From NCBI GenBank assembly GCA_963824995.1, contig CAWGRK010000006.1, forward strand, positions 68,273 to 132,272: a DNA stretch of 64,000 bases, in the 5' to 3' direction. Source of the DNA: an uncultured Actinomycetes bacterium (GTDB taxonomy: Bacteria; Actinomycetota; Acidimicrobiia; Spongiisociales; DATADW01). Shown here in pieces: positions 1 to 8,760 of this stretch. The translations under genes and the position numbers were made by a program. Below the pieces are notes generated by a model. The model was not told the origin of the DNA. It ran no database searches and worked only from the letters and a program-made list of their open reading frames with translations. How positions within the stretch are numbered: the first letter of the stretch is position 1; every line of letters starts with the position of its first letter.

Positions 1-572
1 GGCGCAAGGTGCGTCTGGCCAATGGCCGTGACCTCTCCGCCCTCGACATCCAGTGGGAGTATCTGGATCGGGCGCTCCGCTACAGCCGCTCGCCCGGTTT
101 TCCAGCCGGTGTGCAGCGAGCGGTGGAGATGTGGGAGCACCTGCTCACCGGGTTGGAGAAGGACCCGCTCAGCCTCGATCGCGAGGTGGACTGGGTGATC
201 AAGCACCATCTCGTCGAGCGGTACCAGGCGAAATGGTCGGTCCCGGTGTCGCATCCGAAGTTGGCGATGCTCGATCTCTCCTACCACGACGTGATGCGCG
301 ATCGCGGCGTCTACCACCTCCTCGCCAAGCGCGGCTTGGTGGACCTGGTGGTGACCGAGCACGCCGTGGATCGGGCGGTGAATCTGCCACCACAAACCAC
401 TAGGGCGAGGTTGCGCGGCGAGTTCATCAAGGCCGCCAAGGCGCAGAAGCGGGACTTCACCGTGGACTGGGTCCACCTCAAGCTCAACGACCAGGCGCAG
501 CGGACCGTTCTCTGCAAGGACCCGTTCAAGGCGGTGGACGAGCGGGTGGAGAAGCTGATCAGGAGCCTCTGA
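1..572 (+). CDS. pafA: Pup--protein ligase PafA, C-terminal fragment (5' end outside window)
   Basis: Frame open from window start to TGA 570-572 (ORF track 9..572). Sequence resembles the C-terminal part of the PafA/Dop family. Assigned PafA rather than Dop because pafB-pafC-tatA-tatC-helY follow in the conserved order. Confidence 0.7.
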   Translation, partial: RKVRLANGRDLSALDIQWEYLDRALRYSRSPGFPAGVQRAVEMWEHLLTGLEKDPLSLDREVDWVIKHHLVERYQAKWSVPVSHPKLAMLDLSYHDVMRDRGVYHLLAKRGLVDLVVTEHAVDRAVNLPPQTTRARLRGEFIKAAKAQKRDFTVDWVHLKLNDQAQRTVLCKDPFKAVDERVEKLIRSL

Positions 573-590
573 GCGGAGCTGAGAGGCTCC
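562..590 (+). terminator. Hairpin spanning the pafA stop codon
   Basis: Inverted repeat GGAGCCTCT (562-570) / AGAGGCTCC (582-590) with an 11-nt loop. Weak T content afterwards (CTATTGG), so terminator function is uncertain. Confidence 0.35.
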
Positions 591-598
591 CTATTGGA

Positions 599-660
599 TA
601 GTGGGTAATGCGTAGTGGGTAGAAAAGCGGTACCCAGTACTCAATACTCAATACCCAGTA
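599..660. promoter_or_regulatory. Four-copy 9-mer cluster directly upstream of pafB
   Basis: TAGTGGGTA at 599-607 and 613-621. TACCCAGTA at 631-639 and 652-660; its reverse complement TACTGGGTA differs from the first motif at one base. The patch is unusually AT-rich for this window and ends 7 nt before the pafB ATG. Confidence 0.35.
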
Positions 661-667
661 CCCAAAT

Positions 668-1588
668 ATGAACAAGGTCGTCGAGCGGCTTCTGAATCTT
701 CTGGCCTTTCTGCTCACGGTGGGCCGGCCGGTCACCATGGACGAGATCCGTCGCACCGTGGCCGGGTACGACCGCGACGCAGACGAGGCCTTCCGCCGGA
801 TGTTCGAGCGGGACAAGGAACTGCTCAGGGCGATGGGTGTGCCCCTCGAGCTTCGTCCCACCGACGCATGGGAAGTGGAGCACGGCTACGTGATACCCGC
901 CGAGGACTACGAATTGGAGGACCCCGGCTTCACGGATGAGGAGCGAGCCGCGCTGTGGCTGGCTGCGCAGGTGGTGAGGCTCGGCGGGCGGCCCACCGGC
1001 CCCGAAGGGTTGCTCAAGCTGGGCGGAGCGCCGGTAACCGGGGCGGGCGAGCCGCTGGCGGCGGATCTCGGAGTGGGGGTGGACGACCTGGCGGTGGCGT
1101 TCCGGGCGATCGCCGACCGTCGCATCCTCCAGTTCGAGTACCGCGGTCGGTCCCGGTCGGTTCAGCCCCTGGCGCTGATCCACCGGCGGGGGCACTGGTA
1201 CCTGATGGCGGTGGAGAGGGGCCAGGAACGCGCCTACCGGGTAGACCGGGGCAATGCTTACAGGGCGGGGGACAAGGAGGACGCCTTCAGGCGTCCCGCC
1301 GGGTTCGACGCCAAGTCCGCCATCCCCGAGATGCCATGGCAGGCGGGCACCGATGAGCCCGAGACGGCGGTTGTCCGCTTCGACCCCGACGTTGCCTGGT
1401 GGGCGGAACGCCAACTACCCGGCGGAGCGGTCCGCCGTCTCGATGACGGGTCGTTGGAGGCGACTCTCGAGGTGGCGAACCGGGACTCCCTGGTCGGCTG
1501 GCTGATCACCTTCGGCGCCTCGGCCGAGATCGTCTCCCCGCCCGCGCTGCGAGATCGCCTCGTCGCACTCGTCGAGGGCGGGTCATGA
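668..1588 (+). CDS. pafB: HTH + WYL domain transcriptional regulator PafB
   Basis: 306-aa ORF. N-terminal wHTH-like MNKVVERLLNLLAFLLTVGRPVTMDEIRRTV, central WYL-type region (HRRGHWYLMAV). Position is between pafA and a paralogous WYL protein. Confidence 0.8.
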   Translation: MNKVVERLLNLLAFLLTVGRPVTMDEIRRTVAGYDRDADEAFRRMFERDKELLRAMGVPLELRPTDAWEVEHGYVIPAEDYELEDPGFTDEERAALWLAAQVVRLGGRPTGPEGLLKLGGAPVTGAGEPLAADLGVGVDDLAVAFRAIADRRILQFEYRGRSRSVQPLALIHRRGHWYLMAVERGQERAYRVDRGNAYRAGDKEDAFRRPAGFDAKSAIPEMPWQAGTDEPETAVVRFDPDVAWWAERQLPGGAVRRLDDGSLEATLEVANRDSLVGWLITFGASAEIVSPPALRDRLVALVEGGS

Positions 1589-1642
1589 AACATTGGCCAG
1601 GGTCGGCAGCCCTCCTACCCTCGCTGTCGCCGCGGGACCCTT

Positions 1643-1657
1643 CCCCCCTGCGGGGGG
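1643..1657 (+). other. Short GC hairpin in the pafB-pafC spacer
   Basis: CCCCCC (1643-1648) TGC GGGGGG (1652-1657). Confidence 0.3.
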
Positions 1658-1674
1658 ACCGAGAAGTTGGTTTG

Positions 1675-1759
1675 GCTGCCGTCCGCCGTCCGCCGTCCGC
1701 CGTCCAAGAGGCTCTGGCCGCCGTCCGCCGTCCGCCGTCCGCCGTCCGCCGTCCGACGG
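1675..1759. repeat. Heptanucleotide tandem array (CCGTCCG)n, two blocks; copy 1 of a dispersed family
   Basis: About 4 units (1678-1705), spacer AAGAGGCTCTG, then about 5 units (1717-1759). Left flank is TTTGGCTGCC. Same core as the arrays at 8634-8730, 46537-46565 and 61085-61106. Confidence 0.9.
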
Positions 1760-1762
1760 CTC

Positions 1763-2698
1763 ATGACTTCCAAGACCGCGTCGCGCATGGTGCGGCTGCT
1801 TTCGATGGTGCCTTGGGTGATCGCCAATCCGGGGACGGCGGCAGAGGAGGTGGTCGCCCGGTTCGGGTACCGCGACGAGCGGGAGTTGCTTGCCGACCTC
1901 AACACGGTTTTGGTGTGCGGCCTCCCTGGGTACGGCCCGGGCGACCTCATGTGGGCGTCTATCGAGGACGGCGATGTGGTGATCGACGCCGCCGACTATT
2001 TCTCCCGTCCGTTGCGGCTGACCCCGATGGAGGCGCTCGGGCTGTTGGCATCGGGCCTGGCGGTGGAGAGCACGGGCCAGGCGCCGGATGCGCTCGGGTC
2101 GGCGGTGGCCAAACTCCAGGCTGCTCTCATCCCTGACGGAGATGACGTCCTGGTGGTGGATGTCGAGGCAGAGCCGGAGTTGTTGGCCCCTCTGCGCCGG
2201 GCGGTTGCCGAGCGGCGCGCCGTGCGTCTCACCTATACGTCGCTCGGGAAGGGCGAGACGACCGAGCGGACAGTGGAGCCTTGGACGCTGTTCGCCACCA
2301 TGGGGAACTGGTATCTCACCGGCTTCTGTCGGGAGGCGGGGGCGGAGCGCCGATTCCGGGTGGACAGGATCCGGGACCTCGAGGTGACCGATGAGGTCTT
2401 CGCGGCGCCAGCGCAATTGCCACCTCCGGAGGTCCGCTACACACCCGCCGAGGACGACGTGGTGGCCACGATCAGGCTCGGGCCGCAGGCGCGTTGGGTG
2501 ACCGAGTACTACGAGGTCGAGAGCGTGTCCGAGGAGCCGAATGGCTGGTCGGTGGTGCGGTTCTCAGCCCCGGACCCGATGGTGGCAGCCAGGCTGCTTG
2601 TTCGGCTCGGTGGTGCCGCCGAATTGGTTGAAGGCGACGAGGTGGCGGGCGCCACCGCAAAGCTCCGCGCCGCCATCCTGGATCGCTACCGCCGATAG
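1763..2698 (+). CDS. pafC: HTH + WYL domain transcriptional regulator PafC
   Basis: ORF track 1667..2698. I place the start at ATG 1763 (MTSKTASRMVRLLSMVPWV...) because the first 32 codons are just the translated heptamer array. WYL-type core (MGNWYLTGFCREAG). Confidence 0.8.
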   Translation: MTSKTASRMVRLLSMVPWVIANPGTAAEEVVARFGYRDERELLADLNTVLVCGLPGYGPGDLMWASIEDGDVVIDAADYFSRPLRLTPMEALGLLASGLAVESTGQAPDALGSAVAKLQAALIPDGDDVLVVDVEAEPELLAPLRRAVAERRAVRLTYTSLGKGETTERTVEPWTLFATMGNWYLTGFCREAGAERRFRVDRIRDLEVTDEVFAAPAQLPPPEVRYTPAEDDVVATIRLGPQARWVTEYYEVESVSEEPNGWSVVRFSAPDPMVAARLLVRLGGAAELVEGDEVAGATAKLRAAILDRYRR

Positions 2699-2743
2699 CG
2701 GCGGGCCCTTTCCTGGACCCGGATCGTCCTACCATCCGATCCA

Positions 2744-3238
2744 ATGTTCGATGTGAGCGCCACCGAACTGATCATCATCCTCCTTGTCGCGCTGGTGGTT
2801 TTCGGGCCTCAGCGGCTCCCTGAGCTGGCTAGGAAGGCCGGCGGGTGGGCACGCTCGGTCAGGGAAGCTGCGGCGGACCTGCGCCGGGGTCTCGACGATG
2901 AGGTAGCCGGATTACGCGAGCCAATGGAGGAGGCGCGCCGAACCGTCGAGGACGTCAAGCGGAGCGTCACCGGCGCCGGCGGCGAGGTGCAGAGGTCGCT
3001 GCGCTCGATCGACGGTGGGATGAAGCCGCGCTCGGGGCCCGGTCCCGGTGGGGTTTCCTCAGCATCCACGCCGTCTGATGCCGAAGCCGACGCCGAGGCC
3101 GAGGCCGAAGAGACTGTCGTTCCTGGCACCAGGGTGCAATGGGTCGGGCCAGTCTCGACCTCAGGCCCGACTCCCGATGATGCATACGCCGACCTTGCTG
3201 CCCTGGAGGAGCGTGTCGACAAAGAGGGTCAGCCTTGA
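2744..3238 (+). CDS. tatA: Twin-arginine translocase TatA/TatE/TatB-family subunit
   Basis: N-terminal TM plus hinge motif LIIILLVALVVFGPQRLPELARKAG, followed by a long acidic low-complexity tail. Adjacent to tatC. Confidence 0.85.
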   Translation: MFDVSATELIIILLVALVVFGPQRLPELARKAGGWARSVREAAADLRRGLDDEVAGLREPMEEARRTVEDVKRSVTGAGGEVQRSLRSIDGGMKPRSGPGPGGVSSASTPSDAEADAEAEAEETVVPGTRVQWVGPVSTSGPTPDDAYADLAALEERVDKEGQP

Positions 3239-3259
3239 CCGTGGCGCTGAGCGTTCACC

Positions 3260-4009
3260 GTGGCTGAAAGCATCGACGACCCCGGTCCGAGCAGATACGA
3301 CGAGAAACGGCTGCCGATCCTCGAGCACCTCGAGGAGCTGCGGTGGCGGATCGTCAAGTGCGCCGCCGTGGTGCTGGTCGGTGCGATCGTCGCCTACCTG
3401 TTCCGCAACCAGCTGATCGATCTGCTGCGGCGTCCATACGAGATCGCCTTCCCCGACGGATCGCCGCTTGTGGTGCTGTCGCCGACCGAACAGTTCAGCA
3501 CCGCGATGAAGGTGGCGATCTACGGCGGCGTGGTCCTTGCCAGCCCGGTGCTGTTCTATCAGGTGTGGGCGTTCATCAACCCTGCGCTGACCCCAAGGGA
3601 GCGCCGCTGGGCGATCCCGCTGGTGGCTGCATTCGTCCTCCTCTTTGCCATCGGGACGACGTTCGCCTATTGGGTCCTGCCCCGGGGTCTCGGGTTCCTA
3701 CTGCAGATCATCCCCGACGTCGACTCGACGCTGCGGATCGGCGAGTACATGTCGTTTGTCACCCGGTTCCTGCTCGTGTTCGGGCTTGCGTTCGAGTTCC
3801 CGCTGTTCCTGTTCGCCGGGGCGGCGACGGGTCTGGTCTCCTCGGAGCAACTTGGCAGAGGCCGCCGCTGGGCGGTCCTGGTGATCGTGGTCCTGGGGGC
3901 GGCGGTGACCCCGACCGGAGATCCGCTGACGCTGGCGCTGTTGGCGGTCCCGCTCTACATCTTCTATGAGGTCACCATCTGGCTGGTCCGACTCCTGCTT
4001 CGGCGATGA
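3260..4009 (+). CDS. tatC: Twin-arginine translocase subunit TatC
   Basis: 249-aa polytopic membrane ORF with GTG start. Typical TatC N-terminus (LPILEHLEELRWRIVK) and six hydrophobic segments. Confidence 0.9.
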   Translation: MAESIDDPGPSRYDEKRLPILEHLEELRWRIVKCAAVVLVGAIVAYLFRNQLIDLLRRPYEIAFPDGSPLVVLSPTEQFSTAMKVAIYGGVVLASPVLFYQVWAFINPALTPRERRWAIPLVAAFVLLFAIGTTFAYWVLPRGLGFLLQIIPDVDSTLRIGEYMSFVTRFLLVFGLAFEFPLFLFAGAATGLVSSEQLGRGRRWAVLVIVVLGAAVTPTGDPLTLALLAVPLYIFYEVTIWLVRLLLRR

Positions 4010-6615
4010 CAGAACCAGCCCCGGACCGGGCGGTGGAGCCCGTGATCCAGCGACGGCAGGCGCGGCTCGACGAGTTCTGGCGGTCGCTGCCATACCCGCC
4101 CGACCGGTTCCAGCGGGAGGCAGGTCAAGCACTGGAAGACGGCGCCACCGTGGTGGTCACCGCGCCGACCGGTTCGGGCAAGACACTGGTGGCGGAAGCG
4201 GCGGTGCATCTGGCCCTCGAGTCCGGTGAACGAGCCTTCTACACGACCCCGATCAAGGCGCTCTCCAACCAGAAGTTCGGCGATTTCATCATCGAGTACG
4301 GGCACGACCTGGTGGGCCTGCTCACCGGGGACAACTCGATCAACGGTGGAGCGCCCATCGTGGTCATGACCACCGAGGTACTACGCAACATGATCTACGC
4401 CGGGTCCGAGGATCTCAGCCGGCTCGGGGTGGTGGTGCTCGACGAGGTCCACTACCTCCAGGATCGGGCGCGGGGGCCGGTGTGGGAGGAGATCATCATC
4501 CACGCTCCACGCCACATCCAACTGGTGGGCTTGTCGGCAACCATCGCCAACGCCTCCGAGTTCGCCGCCTGGGTGGAGACGAGACGCGGGCCGACGCGCC
4601 TCGTCGAGGAGACCTCGCGACCGGTGCCGCTGGAGAGCCTCTACATGGTCAAGGACCGCTGGTCGCAGCCGTCGGCTCGCATGTACGACACCTTTCGGGG
4701 GAGCGATGGCGGACGGCGGCGTCCCAACCCGGCGGTGCAAAGGCTGCTCACCCAAGGTCAGCGCAGGCGATTCGGGACACCCCGTCGCACCGAGACCGTG
4801 GAGCACCTCGCAGAGGAGGGGATGCTCCCCGCCATCTACTTCATCTTCTCCAGGGACGGTTGCGAGTCGGCGGCGCGCCAGATCGTCGCCGACGGTGTTC
4901 GGCTGACCACCCCGGACGAGAGGGAGGAGATTCGGGCGATTGCTGCGGCCCGCACCGCCCACCTCGGTGACCGCGACCTAGGTGTTCTCGGATTTGAGCC
5001 CTGGCTGGCGCATCTCGAGCACGGGGTGGCGGCGCATCACGCCGGTCTGGTCCCTGCTTTCAAGGAGACCGTCGAAGACCTGTTCTCGCGCGGCCTGGTC
5101 CGAGCGGTGTTCGCCACCGAGACCCTTGCTCTGGGTATAAACATGCCCGCCAAGACCGTCGTTCTCGAGTCCCTTTCCAAGTTCACCGGCGAGGGCCATG
5201 AGCTTCTGCAGCCCGGGGACTACACCCAACTGACGGGGAGAGCGGGTAGGCGGGGGATCGATCTGCGCGGATACGGCGTCGTGCTCCACTCGCCGTACGT
5301 CCGGTTCGACCAGGTGGCCGAGATCGCAGCTGCAGGGAGTCATGAGCTCGTATCGAGTTTCCGCCCCACCTACAACATGGCGGCCAACCTGGTGTCGAAC
5401 TATCCCCGGCGGCGGGCCGAGGAGCTGCTCGCCGCGTCTTTCGCCCAGTTCCAGCGGAAGAACCGCGCATCGGCGGTGGCGGCCGGGATCGACGGCCTCG
5501 AGTCGGAGCTCGTCCGGTTGCGCGACCAGGCAGTGTGCGAACGAGGTGACATCTGGAGCTACCTGGACGAGGCCGACGCCGAGCGGGGAAGAGCCAGACA
5601 CCGGAATCGGGCGATGTTCGCCAACAGGCTGCGCGGTGGCGACGTTGTCGAGGTGCCCAGAGGAAGGCGCGCCGGTCGCTACCTGGTTCTCTCCCGCCGC
5701 TCCTCGGGCAGGGGCGACGAGGGCCGGCTTGTGCTGTTGGGCACATCGGGCAAGGTCACCTCGTGGACGTGGGAGGACCTCGTCGAGGGGACGAGCCGTC
5801 TCGGGAGCATCACGCTCCCCACGCCTTTCCGACCCAAGGAGAGGGGCTATCAGCAGAACGTGCTTCGACTCCTCCGCAGGTTCCGCCCGGACGGCAAGTC
5901 GTCCACCTCGGACGAGGCGGCGCCACCGCCTTCGGCCAACCCGGTGACCGGTTGCCCGGACCTGAGCGACCATCTCCGAGCGGCGCGCCGGATGCGCCGC
6001 GCCGAACAGCGGCTCGCCCGGGCGCAGACCGAGTCTGTCCGGACGGGCGAGGACCTGGTACGGGACTTCGAGTCGATTCTCGACGTGCTCGGTTCGTGGG
6101 ACTATGTGGACGGGTGGCAGCTCACGGCGCAGGGAGAACAGCTCCGGTTCGTCTACAACGAACTCGATCTGCTGCTCACTGAGACGGTGCGGAGAGGGGG
6201 CTTCACCGGGCTTTCGGTGGCCGAGAGCGCTGCTCTGGCGTCGGCTTTTGTATTCGAGCCCCGCCTCGACGATCAGGGTGGCGCATGGCCGACCGAGGAA
6301 ACGGGTCGCAGGTTCGACACCGTCCTCACCTTGTGGGAGGAGCTCACCGCCGCGGAGCGCCGGCACCGGCTCCCCGAGACCCGCCGTCCCGAGCCGGGAT
6401 TCGCCTCGCTCGCCCACCGCTGGGCTTCGGAGCACGACCTGGAGGACTTCCTCGAGGATGTTTCGGTATCACCGGGCGACTTCGTCCGGGTGTGCAGGCA
6501 GATACTCGATCTGACCCGGCAGATCCGCGACGCCTGGCCCGAGATGGAGGAGAGTGCCACCGCGGTGCTCGAGGCGATGGACCGCGGGGTGGTGGCGGCC
6601 GGCGGACTGGCGTGA
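4006..6615 (+). CDS. helY: Ski2-like DEAD/DEAH-box RNA helicase (HelY type)
   Basis: 869 aa. Walker A APTGSGKT, DEVH box (VVLDEVHYL), SAT motif (GLSATI), HHAG motif. ATGA overlap with tatC. Position matches helY after tatC. Confidence 0.85.
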   Translation: MTEPAPDRAVEPVIQRRQARLDEFWRSLPYPPDRFQREAGQALEDGATVVVTAPTGSGKTLVAEAAVHLALESGERAFYTTPIKALSNQKFGDFIIEYGHDLVGLLTGDNSINGGAPIVVMTTEVLRNMIYAGSEDLSRLGVVVLDEVHYLQDRARGPVWEEIIIHAPRHIQLVGLSATIANASEFAAWVETRRGPTRLVEETSRPVPLESLYMVKDRWSQPSARMYDTFRGSDGGRRRPNPAVQRLLTQGQRRRFGTPRRTETVEHLAEEGMLPAIYFIFSRDGCESAARQIVADGVRLTTPDEREEIRAIAAARTAHLGDRDLGVLGFEPWLAHLEHGVAAHHAGLVPAFKETVEDLFSRGLVRAVFATETLALGINMPAKTVVLESLSKFTGEGHELLQPGDYTQLTGRAGRRGIDLRGYGVVLHSPYVRFDQVAEIAAAGSHELVSSFRPTYNMAANLVSNYPRRRAEELLAASFAQFQRKNRASAVAAGIDGLESELVRLRDQAVCERGDIWSYLDEADAERGRARHRNRAMFANRLRGGDVVEVPRGRRAGRYLVLSRRSSGRGDEGRLVLLGTSGKVTSWTWEDLVEGTSRLGSITLPTPFRPKERGYQQNVLRLLRRFRPDGKSSTSDEAAPPPSANPVTGCPDLSDHLRAARRMRRAEQRLARAQTESVRTGEDLVRDFESILDVLGSWDYVDGWQLTAQGEQLRFVYNELDLLLTETVRRGGFTGLSVAESAALASAFVFEPRLDDQGGAWPTEETGRRFDTVLTLWEELTAAERRHRLPETRRPEPGFASLAHRWASEHDLEDFLEDVSVSPGDFVRVCRQILDLTRQIRDAWPEMEESATAVLEAMDRGVVAAGGLA

Positions 6616-7493
6616 CCTGGACCGTCGCTGTCAACCCGATGTCGGGACGGAGGCCGGTGGACCCCGAGCAGGTACGGGCGATACTCACTGTGGCCGGCCT
6701 CGATGTCGTCGTCTCTGCTCCGATGGGCAGGGAGGAGATGGCTGCTGTGATCGACGAAGGTGTCGCCCGCCGCCATGAGGGATTCATCGTCGCCGGGGGC
6801 GACGGCACGCTCGGATTGGCTGCCGACACGCTGCTCCGTCACGAATGGGCGGAGCCGCCGGTTCTCGGCGTTTTGCCCACCGGGTCGGGTGGCGACTTCA
6901 TCCGCACCTTCGCCCTGCCGCGATCGCTGGAGTCCGCCGTGGCCCGGATGGTTAGAGGAGATACCTACACGGTGGACGCGGTCAGCATCGAGGGGTCCTT
7001 CGGCACCCGTATGGCGCTCAACGTCATCCAGGGAGGAATCGGCGCTGCCGCCGCCCGTACGGCCGCCCGGCTCAGCCGCTCGATGGGCAGCGCCCGGTAC
7101 GCGCTCGGCTTCGCCAGTCGGGTTCCGGGGTTGCGCCGCGTCGATGTCCGGGTGGAGGCAGGGCGCCGCAGCTACGAGGGTCCTGCAGCCGCAGTGATCT
7201 TCGCCAACGGCCAGTTTTTCGCCGGAGGGTGGAACATCGCGCCCAAGGCGATGTTGGTGGACGGCGAGGTGGACGTCCAGGTGATCGACGCCCGAATCCG
7301 CGACGCGGTGCGCCTCGTCCCGCGTATCGTGCGCGGGGTCCACCTCAGCGATCGCTCGGTGCGACGATGGAGTGCACCCTGGTTCCGCCTCGAGACCGAC
7401 GCGCCCTGGCCGGTGGAGGCGGACGGCGACCACCTCGGCACCACTCCGCTCGAAGGCAGGGTCCTCCCAGGTGCGATCCGGTTCCTGATCTAG
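6612..7493 (+). CDS. Diacylglycerol kinase-family lipid kinase
   Basis: In ORF 6285..7493. Start placed at GTG 6612 (GTGA overlap with the helY stop). VNPMSGRR..., GGDGTL motif (VAGGDGTLG), LPTGSGGDF. Confidence 0.8.
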   Translation: MTWTVAVNPMSGRRPVDPEQVRAILTVAGLDVVVSAPMGREEMAAVIDEGVARRHEGFIVAGGDGTLGLAADTLLRHEWAEPPVLGVLPTGSGGDFIRTFALPRSLESAVARMVRGDTYTVDAVSIEGSFGTRMALNVIQGGIGAAAARTAARLSRSMGSARYALGFASRVPGLRRVDVRVEAGRRSYEGPAAAVIFANGQFFAGGWNIAPKAMLVDGEVDVQVIDARIRDAVRLVPRIVRGVHLSDRSVRRWSAPWFRLETDAPWPVEADGDHLGTTPLEGRVLPGAIRFLI

Positions 7494-7678
7494 TCGGCTG
7501 ACGGGCGGCGGGGCAGGCGGAACCGGAATCGCGGTAGTTGACGACTGCCGGGAATGCCCGGCGGATGGCGCGTGTTTCCATGCTGCTACGGCGAGCCGTT
7601 TTGTTCCTCGTCGTTGCCTACACTCCCGCCGCGCCGGGGGGCGCAATTGGATGAGCTGGTCGCTCTCAGGGGGCAAAG

Positions 7679-8116
7679 GTGTCAACACAGAACATGCCGG
7701 AAGCGGAGATCGAACTCGAAGAGCCCGAAGAGCTCGACGTGCCCGAAGACGAGGTGGTCGACCTCGAGGAAGTGGAGGAGGTCCTCGACGATGAGGAGAT
7801 CGAGGACGTTGAAGACGCAGAGGACGCCGAGGACGACGAGTACGAAGAGGAATCGGAAAACGAAGAGGAAGATGAGACCGAGGCACTCGACGAGCTCGAG
7901 GCCGAAGAGCTAGAGCTCCTTGACGAGGAGGCCTCCGAGTCCCTTTTGGTGGACGAGGTCGCCGAGCTGCGCGCCATCCGTCGCGAGGAGCTGACCATGA
8001 ACGTGGAGGCTCAGGCGGTGCGCGGTGACGAGTTCGTCTGCCGCTCCTGCTTCCTCGTCAAGAGGGCCAGCCAGTTGGCGGACCGGAAGAAGTTCCTCTG
8101 CGTCGATTGCGCCTGA
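7679..8116 (+). CDS. DUF4193-like protein (acidic N-terminus, C-terminal CxxC...CxxC zinc ribbon)
   Basis: 145 aa. About 100 residues of D/E-rich sequence, then FVCRSCFLVKRASQLADRKKFLCVDCA. AGGGGG RBS 6 nt before GTG 7679; ATG 7694 is an alternative start. Confidence 0.65.
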   Translation: MSTQNMPEAEIELEEPEELDVPEDEVVDLEEVEEVLDDEEIEDVEDAEDAEDDEYEEESENEEEDETEALDELEAEELELLDEEASESLLVDEVAELRAIRREELTMNVEAQAVRGDEFVCRSCFLVKRASQLADRKKFLCVDCA

Positions 8117-8220
8117 TCAACAAGGCGTCCAGCATCACGTACTGAGGGCGGCGCTGATGACCCCCACGAGCCCATCGCCGGCTGAGGACGCAAAGCACCC
8201 AGGGCTACGCTGACCCGCCG

Positions 8221-8760
8221 ATGGACGTCAGCAGCGATGAGCCCGCTCCTATCCCGGGTGTAGGAGCGGTGATCGTCGACCGGGGCGCGCTCCTGTTGGT
8301 ACTGCGGGGGAGAGGGCCCGGCCAGGGACTGTGGGCGGTTCCCGGCGGCAAGGTCCGGTTTGGCGAGACGCTGCGCCAGGCGGTGGTCCGCGAGGTCAGG
8401 GAGGAGACCGGACTCGAGATCGAGCCTGGCGAGGTCGTCTGGGTGGGTGACAGTCTCGGACCCGGCGACCCGCCCGCATGGCACTACACCCTGGTGGATT
8501 TTGCGGCGCGTGTCGTGGGTGGCGATGCGGTCGCCGGGGATGACGCCCTCGCAGTCGAGTGGGTCCCTTTGGATGAAGTCCTCGACCGTCCGCTAACACC
8601 GACGATGGTCGATCTGGTGGGGCTGCTCAGGAAGGACGGCGGACGGCGGACGGCAGCCAGAAGAGAGACGGCGGACGGCGGACGGTGGACGGCGGACGGT
8701 GGACGGCGGACCGCGGACGGCGGCCAGACGGAAAGCGGACAGATGGAGGATCCCCCTTGA
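8221..8760 (+). CDS. NUDIX hydrolase; last ~40 codons are encoded by a heptamer tandem array
   Basis: Nudix box GGKVRFGETLRQAVVREVREETGLE. The C-terminal tail DGGRRTAARRETADGGRWTADGGRRTADGG is the translated repeat. Confidence 0.75.
   Translation: MDVSSDEPAPIPGVGAVIVDRGALLLVLRGRGPGQGLWAVPGGKVRFGETLRQAVVREVREETGLEIEPGEVVWVGDSLGPGDPPAWHYTLVDFAARVVGGDAVAGDDALAVEWVPLDEVLDRPLTPTMVDLVGLLRKDGGRRTAARRETADGGRWTADGGRRTADGGQTESGQMEDPP
8634..8730. repeat. Heptanucleotide tandem array (GGACGGC)n; copy 2, opposite orientation to copy 1
   Basis: 3 units (8634-8654), AGCCAGAAGAGAG, then about 9 units with GGACGGT and GGACCGC variants (8668-8730). Confidence 0.9.

Noticed and set aside
1675-1759. Heptamer arrays as possible CRISPR arrays (also 8634-8730).
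   Set aside because: The unit is only 7 nt with no unique spacers, and there are no cas genes. These are simple tandem repeats.
1667-1762. ORF-track starts 1667 (pafC) and 8685 (M20 peptidase), which give N-terminal extensions.
   Set aside because: The extensions are just translated heptamer repeats (SAVRRPP..., DGGRWTAD...). Internal starts at 1763 and 8757 give sensible N-termini and gene junctions.
4978-6435. Long antisense or off-frame ORFs. Examples: 4978..6435(-), 6273..7886(-), 25029..26645(-), 32101..33624(-), 35606..36760(-), 39756..41624(-), 61904..63418(+), 18982..19830(-), 27185..28489(-).
   Set aside because: Their translations are Arg/Pro/Gly/Ala-rich low-complexity strings, typical of non-coding frames in high-GC DNA. 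Each is fully overlapped by a gene with clear family motifs on the other frame or strand.
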